A DNA stretch of 64,000 nucleotides from Candidatus Bathyarchaeota archaeon (GTDB taxonomy: Archaea; Thermoproteota; Bathyarchaeia; Bathyarchaeales; Bathycorpusculaceae). Positions 37,301-46,391 of the stretch are shown here, in pieces (within the stretch, counting starts at the first letter, position 1; every line of letters begins with the position of its first letter). The position numbers and the translations under genes were made by a program. The notes beneath the pieces are model-generated. The model saw nothing but the letters and a program-made list of their open reading frames with translations. It did no database searches and was not told the origin of the DNA. Location of the stretch: positions 2,144,001 to 2,208,000 of the forward strand of contig OY970280.1 of NCBI GenBank assembly GCA_963715865.1. Direction: 5' to 3'.

Positions 37301-39118
37301 ATGGCGACTGAGGATTCCCTTAATCATTCAATGAATAGTGCGCTGAAACACTATTCCTCCCTGTTCTCCCTTCCCTCATACAAAAAATCACTTCTAGCAA
37401 TTGCTGTAATCTGTATTGTTGTAGTTGGGCTTTCAACTTTTGCTCTTTTCCCATCAATCCAAGGGTTAACTAGCGGCTTGGTTCTTGGCATTTCCCTTTT
37501 CGCTTTAACGCTTATAGCCGATTCAGTAATGAGCAAGATAATTCTAAAGGTTGATCCAATTTACTTGTTGAGACGCACTTTAGCGCTGTCCCTCTTCTGT
37601 TGGCTTCTCTGGCTATTTTTCATCGCCATAGGCGTTGTTTTAGGCTTTGCTTTTGGTTGGTTATTATGGGTTAAACTTTGCCTTTTAGGATATGCCGCCG
37701 TTGTAACTCTAAGGGGCGTCGTGTTTATTGCAACGTCTTCCGCAGCTATGTGGCGGAAACTATTGTCTGTTTTGCTTAATCCCACCCTTTGCATAGTAGC
37801 TTTTCTTGCTTTTTGGGCTGGCATTTCAAGTGCTATTCTAATTCAAATTCTACCTTTCTTAGTCATTTCTCCAATAATTGGTTGCGTTGTAGTTTTCTTG
37901 TTCCTTTCATCCCTGGACCGTTTAGGTCAGAAAACCTATTCGATACCTTCTTTGCCACTGTTTAGGGCGTTTATGCTTAACTGGATAGTTGGTCTTAACG
38001 CGCCTCTTGAAGAGTTTTTTGAAAAGATGGGTGAAAACGCGGATGTGGAAGTTACTCTGCTAAAGTTTGACTCTTCCAAGCCTAAAGCTGCAGTCATTGT
38101 TCCTCTTGTGCATCCAGGCCCATTCAAGAATATAGGCAGTAGCCTTTTGCCCTCTCTTCTCAAGCATGAGTTCGAAAGAGAATTTGGATGCGACACCTGT
38201 GTTCCCCTTGGCATTCTTGGGCATGAGCTTGATTTAGCCTCGCAAGCGCAGAATCATAAAATAGTTTCACAGGTAATAGCTTCTGCAAAGTTTAAGGCAT
38301 CGTCTAATTTAGCTTCGCCTTTTGTTAAAGTCACTGAAGGTGCAGCTGCCGCTTCATGTCAATTTTTTGGGGACACTGCGCTTCTTTCTTTTACGCTTTC
38401 TCCAAAAACAACTGAAGATTTACCGCAAGAGTTAGGTCGCGTTGTCGGTGAGGAAGCAGAAAAGTATGGATTAAAATATGCTATGATTGTTAATGCCCAC
38501 AACAGCATCAACGACATAGTTGATACCGAAGAATATTTAGACGCGTTGCAAGTAGCGGCTTCTAAATGCCTTCAAAAAGCAATTACGCTGCCAACTAAAC
38601 AGTTCATGGTTGGAGCCGCCACTGTTTTCCCTAAAGAATTTGATTTAAAAGATGGCATGGGTACAGGCGGAATCACTGCAATAGTCGTTCAAGTAGAGAA
38701 ACAGAAAACTGCTTACGTGGTAATTGATGGAAACAACATGATTTCGGGTTTGCGTGAAAAGATTCTTGCCGCTTTAACTTCTGTCGGTTTTGATGAAAGC
38801 GAAGTTTTCACTACAGACACTCATGCCGTAACCGTAATTACGGGAAGGCGTGGTTACCACCCGGTCGGTGAAGTTATGAGCCACGAGATACTGATTCGTT
38901 GTATTTGTGAAGTGGCAAAAAAGGCAGAGGCAAACTTGGAAGCTTCAAAAGCTGGGTGTCTGCGTCTTGTTGTTCCCCAAGTAAGAGTAATTGGTGAAGC
39001 TCGGTTGCAATCAATGTCGATTCTTGTGGATAAGGCGATTCAGAAGGCGAAACAAACGTTGATTCCGGTCTTTGGGTTGGAGGGACTGTTTTTAATCTTG
39101 CTCTTAACGCTCTTCTAA
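37301..39118 (+). CDS. DUF2070-family membrane protein
   Basis: N-terminal TM bundle; VHPGPF, GHELDL, NAHN, VIDGNN and TTDTH motifs. Confidence 0.88.
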   Translation: MATEDSLNHSMNSALKHYSSLFSLPSYKKSLLAIAVICIVVVGLSTFALFPSIQGLTSGLVLGISLFALTLIADSVMSKIILKVDPIYLLRRTLALSLFCWLLWLFFIAIGVVLGFAFGWLLWVKLCLLGYAAVVTLRGVVFIATSSAAMWRKLLSVLLNPTLCIVAFLAFWAGISSAILIQILPFLVISPIIGCVVVFLFLSSLDRLGQKTYSIPSLPLFRAFMLNWIVGLNAPLEEFFEKMGENADVEVTLLKFDSSKPKAAVIVPLVHPGPFKNIGSSLLPSLLKHEFEREFGCDTCVPLGILGHELDLASQAQNHKIVSQVIASAKFKASSNLASPFVKVTEGAAAASCQFFGDTALLSFTLSPKTTEDLPQELGRVVGEEAEKYGLKYAMIVNAHNSINDIVDTEEYLDALQVAASKCLQKAITLPTKQFMVGAATVFPKEFDLKDGMGTGGITAIVVQVEKQKTAYVVIDGNNMISGLREKILAALTSVGFDESEVFTTDTHAVTVITGRRGYHPVGEVMSHEILIRCICEVAKKAEANLEASKAGCLRLVVPQVRVIGEARLQSMSILVDKAIQKAKQTLIPVFGLEGLFLILLLTLF

Positions 39119-39197
39119 GTTAAACTGCTGTATCTCTTGGTGCGTAAAGGTTAATATTGCCTCTTTACTAGTCGCTTTTGATTGGAGTTATTTCAAA

Positions 39198-40535
39198 ATG
39201 GTTGCTTACCCTAAAATTGTTGTTTCTCCACCTGGACCTAAAGCTAGAGAGCTTGTTCAGAAGGATGAACGGTTTGTTTCCCCCTCGTATATGCGGTATT
39301 ATCCGCTTGTTGTTGAGTCAGCAAACGATTGCATAGTTAAGGATGTTGATGGAAACGAGTACATTGACCTCAACTCTGGCATAGCCTGTATGAACGTTGG
39401 TCATAATCACCCCCGTGTGGTTGAGGCTATAAAAAGTCAGTGTGACCGCTTTCTGCATTATTCTAACACTGACTTCTACTACAAAGAAGTAATCAACTTA
39501 GCAGAAAAGTTAGCTAAAATAGCTCCTGGCGATTTTGAGAAAAAAACCTATTTTGGCAACAGCGGCACCGAAGCCGTTGAAGCGGCAGTAAAACTTGCCA
39601 GATGGCACACACGTAAACAATTATTCATAGGCTTCATAAGCGCTTTCCATGGTCGCACGATGGGTTCATTAGCTTTTACCGCCAGCAAACCAACGCAAAG
39701 GAGACATTTTTCTCCCTTTATGCCGGGTGTAGCTCATGTTCCTTATCCCTATTGTTACCGTTGCCCTTTCAAACTGGAACAGCCGGACTGTAACTATTGG
39801 TGCGTAGATTTTATTGAAGAGCAAGTATTGCAAAAGTATATGCCTCCTGAAGATGTGGCAGCGATTCTTTTTGAACCAATCCAAGGAGAAGGTGGTTATG
39901 TGGTTCCTCCTCCAGAGTTTTTCCAAAAGCTTAAGAAAATCGCTGATAAGTATGGTTTACTGCTTATCGACGATGAAGTGCAATCTGGCATAGGCAGAAC
40001 GGGCAAATGGTTCGCTATTGAACACTGGAACACTGAACCAGACATAATCTGCAGTGCAAAGGCTTTGGCTTCAGGTTTGCCCATCGGTGCAACAATTGCT
40101 AAAGCGAAAATTATGGACTGGACTGGCGGTTCGCACGCAAGCACTTTCGGCGGAAACCCCTTATCATGCGTTGCCGCAGCCGCAGTTCTGGACGCCATTA
40201 AGGAGCAGCAGTTGCTGGATAACGCCAACAGGCAAGGTGCTTACGCGATGAAAAGGTTGGAGGACTTGAAAGAAACCAGCAACATAGTTGGAGATGTACG
40301 TGGTAAAGGTCTAATGATTGGTGTTGAACTTGTTGAGGACAAGGAAACAAGAAAGCCTGCGCCGCAGAAAGCTTCTCAGGTTATTTTGCGCTCATGGAAG
40401 CGCGGAGTAGCAGTTGTTACTTGTGGTGCTTCAACGCTTAGGATAGTTCCGCCGCTTACTATACAAAGCGACCTGCTAGGCTCAGCGCTGGATATCGTTG
40501 AAGATACCATTAATGAAGTAGCAAAAGAAACCTAG
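39198..40535 (+). CDS. Class III PLP aminotransferase (ornithine/4-aminobutyrate family)
   Basis: NSGTEAVEAA, FHGRT, EPIQGEGG, DDEVQSGIGRTG and PLP lysine in SAKALASG. Confidence 0.93.
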   Translation: MVAYPKIVVSPPGPKARELVQKDERFVSPSYMRYYPLVVESANDCIVKDVDGNEYIDLNSGIACMNVGHNHPRVVEAIKSQCDRFLHYSNTDFYYKEVINLAEKLAKIAPGDFEKKTYFGNSGTEAVEAAVKLARWHTRKQLFIGFISAFHGRTMGSLAFTASKPTQRRHFSPFMPGVAHVPYPYCYRCPFKLEQPDCNYWCVDFIEEQVLQKYMPPEDVAAILFEPIQGEGGYVVPPPEFFQKLKKIADKYGLLLIDDEVQSGIGRTGKWFAIEHWNTEPDIICSAKALASGLPIGATIAKAKIMDWTGGSHASTFGGNPLSCVAAAAVLDAIKEQQLLDNANRQGAYAMKRLEDLKETSNIVGDVRGKGLMIGVELVEDKETRKPAPQKASQVILRSWKRGVAVVTCGASTLRIVPPLTIQSDLLGSALDIVEDTINEVAKET

Positions 40536-40537
40536 AA

Positions 40538-41092
40538 CTATCTTGCCTTCAAGCTTTTCGCTGTTCTACGAGGCTTCCTCTTAAGTTCTGTACCACAAAC
40601 TTGGCACTCCTTGGATGAGCAGTTGGCAGGGTATTCTCGGTGGCACGCTGGGCAGTATCTTATCCACTCTAAAAGGCGCTTGATACCGAAAGTAGCGAGT
40701 GCTAAAAATTCTATTCCTAACTGAGTGGCAACATTCTGGATTGAATAGTCATCAGTAACAATTTGAGGCGTGTAACCTGTTGCTTTCAATTCGAAGGCTA
40801 AAGCCAAAAGCTGCATGTCCGTTTCAGACAGTAAATATGAGTCGCCAATTTTACTTGCCGATGCTTTTGCTTTGTTCCAAAATGCTTCTGAAGGCACCTT
40901 AACCTTTAATCTTCCACTTTCAATTGCTGTTTCAAATCTAACCCGAGTCATAGAATTCTTTCTTATTTCTTCTTCAACTTTGGGCACGGTTACTTGTTCT
41001 TCGCTTAATGAGAAAGGGTCAAAACCTGCCAAAAAAGCGGAAGTGTCTAGGACAATTACTCTTTTACATTGATTATCTGCTTGGCTTTTCAT
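40538..41092 (-). CDS. nob1: Nob1 rRNA-processing endonuclease (PIN + Zn ribbon)
   Basis: VLDTSAF, LSETD, TDDYSIQNVA and CPAC...CQVCG. Confidence 0.93.
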   Translation of the reverse strand: MKSQADNQCKRVIVLDTSAFLAGFDPFSLSEEQVTVPKVEEEIRKNSMTRVRFETAIESGRLKVKVPSEAFWNKAKASASKIGDSYLLSETDMQLLALAFELKATGYTPQIVTDDYSIQNVATQLGIEFLALATFGIKRLLEWIRYCPACHREYPANCSSKECQVCGTELKRKPRRTAKSLKAR

Positions 41093-41928
41093 TCTGTTCC
41101 CTTAAAAAGCAACCGACTTCTTAACCGGTCATAAAAATCAGTTTCGAATCTTATAAAAGAAGTTACATTTTTGGATCTTGTGACCTTAAGCATTGGCTCT
41201 TTAACGCTTACAAGTTTGCGGTAGTTTCCATCAATTAAAACAAGCATGTCCTTTGGCCTAATTACGTTGAAGGTAATAGTGGAGTCCGCTGGAAAAACAA
41301 GCGAATGGAACACAGTTAACGAACAGATCGGCGTAATAACGAAAGCATCTACTTCTCGGTCTAAAACCGGTCCTCCTGCTGAAAGGGAATAACCGGTAGA
41401 ACCCGTTTGGGTGGCTACGATTAGGCCGTCTGCTTGGCATTTAAGAATTGGCTTCCCGTTCTTGCATATTTGAGTGTAAAGTATTTTTGATGGTTCGCCA
41501 GCAGAAATGACAACGTCATTTAAAGCGTCTGGCATTGATTCTTCGCCTGCTGACACAGCTAGCTTAGCGCATTTTTCTATTTTGTACTCGCCTTTCAAGA
41601 TTTTTTCTACTGCTTCACAAGCGTTTTTAGGTTCAACTTCTGTTAAGAACCCTCTGACTCCCATGTTAATTGCTAAAATTGGCGGTTCAGGCTTAGGCAC
41701 CGTGATGCATGTACGTAGTATTGTTCCGTCGCCACCGATTGTTATTATGAAGTCAGTTTTCATTTTTGATAGCGGAACCATCTCTTCCCGCGTGGCTATT
41801 TTTCCTGCTAGAGTATCTTCTATGTAAACCTTCAAACCTTTGCTTTTAAGATACTCCGCTAACTCCTCTGTAAGCTTTAACGCTGGTTTTTTATCGTAGC
41901 GGGCGACTAATCCCACGCTTTTGAACAA
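41089..41928 (-). CDS. nadK: NAD kinase
   Basis: GGDGT, GFLTE, ALND, DGLIVAT and TGYSLSAGGP. Confidence 0.95.
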   Translation of the reverse strand: MFKSVGLVARYDKKPALKLTEELAEYLKSKGLKVYIEDTLAGKIATREEMVPLSKMKTDFIITIGGDGTILRTCITVPKPEPPILAINMGVRGFLTEVEPKNACEAVEKILKGEYKIEKCAKLAVSAGEESMPDALNDVVISAGEPSKILYTQICKNGKPILKCQADGLIVATQTGSTGYSLSAGGPVLDREVDAFVITPICSLTVFHSLVFPADSTITFNVIRPKDMLVLIDGNYRKLVSVKEPMLKVTRSKNVTSFIRFETDFYDRLRSRLLFKGTE

Positions 41929-41957
41929 CTAATTCCACCGCTCAGTAAATAGCGTTA

Positions 41958-41987
41958 CCTCAATCTATATATGAGTGTTGTTCAGAA
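41958..41987 (+). repeat. Left direct repeat of the island (TATA-containing)
   Basis: CCTCAATCTATATATGAGTGTTGTTCAGAA, 28/30 identical to 44071-44100. Confidence 0.9.
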
Positions 41988-42294
41988 GCCTCGATTAGGA
42001 ATCTAAAGAGAAACTAAAATGTTTTATTATATAACAGCATCAGGGGGTTGTATTGCAATTAAAGGACCCCTACATATACTCATGTATGTTATTGGCGGAA
42101 AACATGTATATAAATAATAACACAGAAAAATATCAATTAAATTAACAGATTTATATTAATAAAAATAATTCTTGCGTTAAAAAATTACAATTTCCAATGG
42201 AAATTCTGGTCTGATATGTTTTTTCATTTATATAATACTCATATATATCTTCGCTACGTATGTCCTCTATAGACACTAAACCTTTACGGGAGAA

Positions 42295-42501
42295 ATGATA
42301 ATGGAGCAATGCCCAAATTGCAAAAATTGGACAGTTTTTTACAATCCTCAAAGTGAAGAAAAAATATGCTGCGTTTGCAATAACAAAATAGTGATAAAAT
42401 ATGCTGATTACATAAAAGCGGAAAATGTATCCGATTCATTACTTTACCCAAGTACACTCGTTGAAAGTATAGTTAAGCCATTAGCAACCTTGCAGAAATA
42501 A
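42295..42501 (+). CDS. Small zinc-ribbon protein
   Basis: CPNC...CCVC, TFIIB-like spacing; SD-like GGGAG just upstream. Confidence 0.6.
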   Translation: MIMEQCPNCKNWTVFYNPQSEEKICCVCNNKIVIKYADYIKAENVSDSLLYPSTLVESIVKPLATLQK

Positions 42502-42525
42502 CCCTTGCCTTATTTCGTATCACAA

Positions 42526-43785
42526 CTATTTTTTGTATAAACTTTCCTCGATATCCTTTTGCCAAGAACCAAATACTCTAAAGTATGCTTTGGCCTTTAT
42601 TCCCTCGAATTTACGAATTGATATGCCCGCTTCGGCCAAAATGTTTACCGAATCCTGATCTGGATAGGGCTCTACAAAGACAACGCTTCCAAGTTTACTA
42701 TAAACTATTTTTTGTGCGCAAGTAAAACATGGGAAAGTTGTAGTATAAAGAGTGCATCCTCCAATGTTTCGACTTCCAATATTCAATATGGCCTTTTCTT
42801 CTGCATGTACAGCTGTACAGCGATCCATTATCTTGTTTCCCATTTTTTTATCTAAGTCACATCCACAATTGTTACATTTAAAAGGAGGTTTCAAATCTTT
42901 TAGCAAAGTTCTACATTCAGGACACGTTTGCTTCATTTTTTCCAGATGTTTAAAATACTGGCTTTTATAATGGTCGCGGTAGCATCTTTTATATTTGATA
43001 ATACACGGTTCGATTGGATGAGGATTTTCATTATAGCCAACGGATAAAATGGAATTATATTTTTCATCAACTATCACAGCTCCAACCCGTCTTCTAACAC
43101 ACTTGGAGGAAAGGGATGCTGTGTATGCTATACCCATATTCATCTCTAAAGGATTAGGAGTCCTGCTAAGGTCTCCATTCATTAATCCGATATATGGCGC
43201 TATTTTATCTTTGAGGTTATCAATAGCAATATCCTCATCAGGGTAGTCTTTTTCATTATCAATAACTACATCGGCATCATCAACGCAGAAATCAACGGAT
43301 TGACCAAATTTGGATTTTTCGTCGAATTTATCCCTTTTTTCGTCAATTTCAAATTGGTTTTCATCTAATCCCTTTTCTAGATACTGATCTTCCTTAATCC
43401 TTTCCCATCTCTTCTTAGGTCCACAATCGACCGCAATCAAGAAAAAAGCATCGTATTTTTTTCTTAAAAAATTTACCTCACCTATGTTCCTTATGCTATC
43501 GAAAACCAGTGGTTCTTCTCCAGTTTTATCAGCTTCTAGAGATGCCAGATAAGCAAGATATTCTATGCCATGCTCTTGACGCATTTGATCGCCGATGTCT
43601 TGCAATTCTTTCTTTGTAGCTTCTTCCTTCGGCTTACCTGTTTTTTCATGATATTGATTCCTAACATATTCTGAAAGACGGAATTCCTTAAAACCAAGCT
43701 TTACTAACGATTTAGTAAGCGTTGAACAACCACTGCCAAAAGACCCTGTTAATCCTACAACTAACCGGTCTCTCTTTTCAGTCAT
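42526..43785 (-). CDS. P-loop kinase + cytidine deaminase fusion (AvcD / anti-phage dCTP deaminase-like)
   Basis: N-terminal VVGLTGSFGSGCST degenerate P-loop; C-terminal SKCVRRRVGAVI, VGYN, VHAEEKAI and FPCFTCAQKIV. Confidence 0.85.
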   Translation of the reverse strand: MTEKRDRLVVGLTGSFGSGCSTLTKSLVKLGFKEFRLSEYVRNQYHEKTGKPKEEATKKELQDIGDQMRQEHGIEYLAYLASLEADKTGEEPLVFDSIRNIGEVNFLRKKYDAFFLIAVDCGPKKRWERIKEDQYLEKGLDENQFEIDEKRDKFDEKSKFGQSVDFCVDDADVVIDNEKDYPDEDIAIDNLKDKIAPYIGLMNGDLSRTPNPLEMNMGIAYTASLSSKCVRRRVGAVIVDEKYNSILSVGYNENPHPIEPCIIKYKRCYRDHYKSQYFKHLEKMKQTCPECRTLLKDLKPPFKCNNCGCDLDKKMGNKIMDRCTAVHAEEKAILNIGSRNIGGCTLYTTTFPCFTCAQKIVYSKLGSVVFVEPYPDQDSVNILAEAGISIRKFEGIKAKAYFRVFGSWQKDIEESLYKK

Positions 43786-43923
43786 TTGTTCACTCTCTTA
43801 TTTAGCTACATTACAATAAGAACGGTTTTAAGCGTTTGCACTAGATAAATAGTTAAAGAAATAGTATATTTTCTAATTGAAATTCATTAAATATGCAATA
43901 AAATACGTACTGTTTCAAAATCA

Positions 43924-44008
43924 CGCTAACATTAGCTGATTATTAGTAATGGAGGTGGGGGGTGGAAATTAAACACCTGCTATAAACCTCATTTTCACCA
44001 TGTTAGCG
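43924..44008. ncRNA. Candidate structured ncRNA (nested hairpin) upstream of the deaminase
   Basis: CGCTAACAT (43924-32) pairs with ATGTTAGCG (44000-08), enclosing GAGGT/ACCTC and GGTG/CACC stems; expression not shown. Confidence 0.35.
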
Positions 44009-44070
44009 CATTTTACACCAATATTCCATTCGGTAACGCCAAAAAACGAAAATTAACGAAAAATTCAGTC

Positions 44071-44100
44071 CCTAAATCTATATATGGGTGTTGTTCAGAA
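44071..44100 (+). repeat. Right direct repeat of the island (probable eif5a promoter)
   Basis: CCTAAATCTATATATGGGTGTTGTTCAGAA; TATA about 50 bp upstream of the eif5a ATG. Confidence 0.9.
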
Positions 44101-44133
44101 TGCATTGAATAGAGCTAGACTGTTGGTGAGTGT

Positions 44134-44526
44134 ATGAGCAGACCAGTCGATGTCGGAGAATTACGCGTTGGCGGCTACATGATGATTGAAGGCGAACCCT
44201 GCAAAATAGTAGACATTGCAAAGTCAAAGCCTGGAAAACACGGATCCGCCAAATTCAGAATAGTTGCCATCGGCGTATTTGACGGTCAAAAAAGACAATT
44301 CGTTAAACCCGTTGATTTAGGCGCTGAAATTCCACTAATTGATAAAAGACCCGGACAAGTTTTCGCCATTAACCCCACGGGAGTTCAAATAATGGATCTG
44401 GAAACCTACGAGTACTTAGATGCTCCATTTCCTGAAGAGGAAGACCTCAAAGCCAAGCTTGCCCCCGGCGCAGAAATTGAATACTGGAAAATACTTGGAA
44501 GAGTAAAAATCGTCAGAGTAAAATAA
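44134..44526 (+). CDS. eif5a: Translation factor aIF5A
   Basis: Hypusine loop SKPGKHGSAK. Confidence 0.97.
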   Translation: MSRPVDVGELRVGGYMMIEGEPCKIVDIAKSKPGKHGSAKFRIVAIGVFDGQKRQFVKPVDLGAEIPLIDKRPGQVFAINPTGVQIMDLETYEYLDAPFPEEEDLKAKLAPGAEIEYWKILGRVKIVRVK

Positions 44527-44586
44527 ATAGTTAGCAAGTTGCCAATCTTCTCTTCTTACTTACCTGAGGGTTTGTTTGTCTTTTTT

Positions 44587-44796
44587 TTAGCTCCACCAAT
44601 TCCAACCGAGCTTTTTGAAGGCAAGATACATTGCCAACAGAATTACACCCCAACTTAACATGATACCTGCGAATACAAGTATGAAATTATGTTGCAGGTA
44701 AATGTAGCTTATCCATGCGCTTAGAACTGTTAAGCCTACCAGCAACAGAATGAATATGGATGCGTGAATTACGCGTTCTGCAGTCAGCTTATCCAC
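44587..44796 (-). CDS. Small 2-TM membrane protein
   Basis: GTG start, two hydrophobic helices, ends KKLGWNWWS. Confidence 0.6.
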   Translation of the reverse strand: MDKLTAERVIHASIFILLLVGLTVLSAWISYIYLQHNFILVFAGIMLSWGVILLAMYLAFKKLGWNWWS

Positions 44797-44879
44797 CAGT
44801 TTGTAATGTTGATTGTTCCTGTGTTGTTAAAAGATTTTCGATTAAAGTTTATGTTCTAGCTTGGAGCATTTTTGATGAT

Positions 44880-44944
44880 GGAGCCAATGATGCATGAAGA
44901 GCCGTCTGAATTGTGAAGAATGCTTAATGGGGAACTGAGGCTTC
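44880..44944 (+). ncRNA. Box C/D methylation guide sRNA
   Basis: Terminal stem GGAGCC/GGCTTC; C box ATGATGC (44887), 12-nt guide, D' CTGA (44906), C' GTGAAGA (44913), 15-nt guide, D CTGA (44935). Confidence 0.85.
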
Positions 44945-45041
44945 AAAAACGTTTTAAAAAAGAAATTAACCTGTATTGTTAGACTTTTATGCTGTAATCT
45001 TTATTTAAAAGAATCATAATGTTTAAGGGCTGGAGACTCTG

Positions 45042-46382
45042 ATGGCATTAGACAAGTTAGGTTCTTCTCTTTACGACGCCTTGAAAAAGGTTTTCAAGGC
45101 TTCCATAGTGGACGAAGCCACAGTGAAGGAACTCGTCCGCGACATACAAAGGGCGTTACTCCAAGCAGATGTTAATGTTCAACTTGTCCTCGAAATATCC
45201 AAGCGCATAGAGGAGCGAGCGTTAAAAGAGAAAGTTCCTCCGGGCATTTCAAGACGCGAGCACGTTATAAAAGTCGTTTACGAAGAGTTAACTCGCTTTG
45301 TAGGTGATAAGCCTGTTCCAATCAAGATGGAGCCTGAAAAAAGGAAAATTATAATGCTTGTTGGAATCCAAGGCTCCGGAAAAACCACTCAGGCAGCAAA
45401 ACTGGCGAGGTATTTCCAGAAAAGAGGTTTAAAGCCAGCGTTGATTTGCGCTGACACCTATCGTCCTGGCGCGTTCGCTCAGCTTCAGCAACTGGCAAAC
45501 AGGATAAGCATTCCTATTTATGGTGACTTGAAGGCTAAAGACCCAGTTAAAGTTGTCAGGGAAGGCTTAAAGCAGTTCAACGACAAGGACTTGATAATCG
45601 TTGATACGGCGGGCAGGCACAAGGAAGAGAAAAACTTAATCAAGGAAATGAAAGACCTTGAGAAGAACATCAAGCCTGACGAAGTCATAATGGTGATTGA
45701 CGGCACCATCGGTCAACAAGCACTCATTCAAGCGAAAACATTCCATGAAGCAACACCCATAGGCGCAATCATCGTAACAAAACTCGACGGTTCCTCACGT
45801 GGTGGAGGCGCACTGTCAGCAGTTGCAGCAACAGGTGCTCCAATAAAGTTCATTGGTACAGGCGAGAAAATCGAAGATATCGAGCCTTTTATTCCCTCGC
45901 GCTTTGTCGGTCGACTCTTAGGCATGGGCGATTTAGAAACGCTCTTGGAGAAGGTGCATGATGCCGAAATTAAGGTTCCGCAGAAGAAAGCCAAGGAAAT
46001 ACTCAGCGGCAAATTCACCCTAACCGACATGTATGAGCAGTTTGAGGCCGTCAAAGGCATGGGTCCCTTCAGGAAAGTGCTCAAGATGTTGCCTGGCATG
46101 TCCTATGATGTGCCCGAAGACATGTTGAATACGGCTGAAGACCGCTTGGATAAATGGCGAGTAATAATTCAATCCATGACACCTGAAGAAAGGGAGAACC
46201 CTAAGGTGTTGAACTCTTCTCGGGCAAGACGTGTCGCACGCGGTTCAGGAACAACTGAAAAAGACGTTAAAGAACTTCTAAAGCAATATGTAATGATGCG
46301 TAAAATGCTAAAGATGTTTAAGCGTAAAAAGAAACTGCCTTTCGGACTAGGCGGAAGGGGAATGCCAGCAAATTTCAAGTAG
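45042..46382 (+). CDS. srp54: Signal recognition particle protein SRP54
   Basis: GIQGSGKTT, DTAGR, TKLD and GRLLGMGD; Met-rich M domain. Confidence 0.98.
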   Translation: MALDKLGSSLYDALKKVFKASIVDEATVKELVRDIQRALLQADVNVQLVLEISKRIEERALKEKVPPGISRREHVIKVVYEELTRFVGDKPVPIKMEPEKRKIIMLVGIQGSGKTTQAAKLARYFQKRGLKPALICADTYRPGAFAQLQQLANRISIPIYGDLKAKDPVKVVREGLKQFNDKDLIIVDTAGRHKEEKNLIKEMKDLEKNIKPDEVIMVIDGTIGQQALIQAKTFHEATPIGAIIVTKLDGSSRGGGALSAVAATGAPIKFIGTGEKIEDIEPFIPSRFVGRLLGMGDLETLLEKVHDAEIKVPQKKAKEILSGKFTLTDMYEQFEAVKGMGPFRKVLKMLPGMSYDVPEDMLNTAEDRLDKWRVIIQSMTPEERENPKVLNSSRARRVARGSGTTEKDVKELLKQYVMMRKMLKMFKRKKKLPFGLGGRGMPANFK

Positions 46383-46391
46383 GTTTCCTGA

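Larger units (their letters stand above)
41958..44100. mobile_element. Direct-repeat-bounded AT-rich accessory (putative defence) islet between nadK and eif5a
   Basis: 30-bp direct repeats at both ends; low-GC interior (10 G+C in the 60 bases 42121-42180); no integrase or transposase. Confidence 0.72.

Noticed and set aside
41988-44070. Islet as an IS element or provirus
   Set aside because: No transposase, integrase or terminal inverted repeats, and no viral structural genes.
44797-45041. SRP (7S) RNA upstream of srp54
   Set aside because: Too short and AT-rich with no long GC-rich helices; the only structured element is the C/D sRNA.
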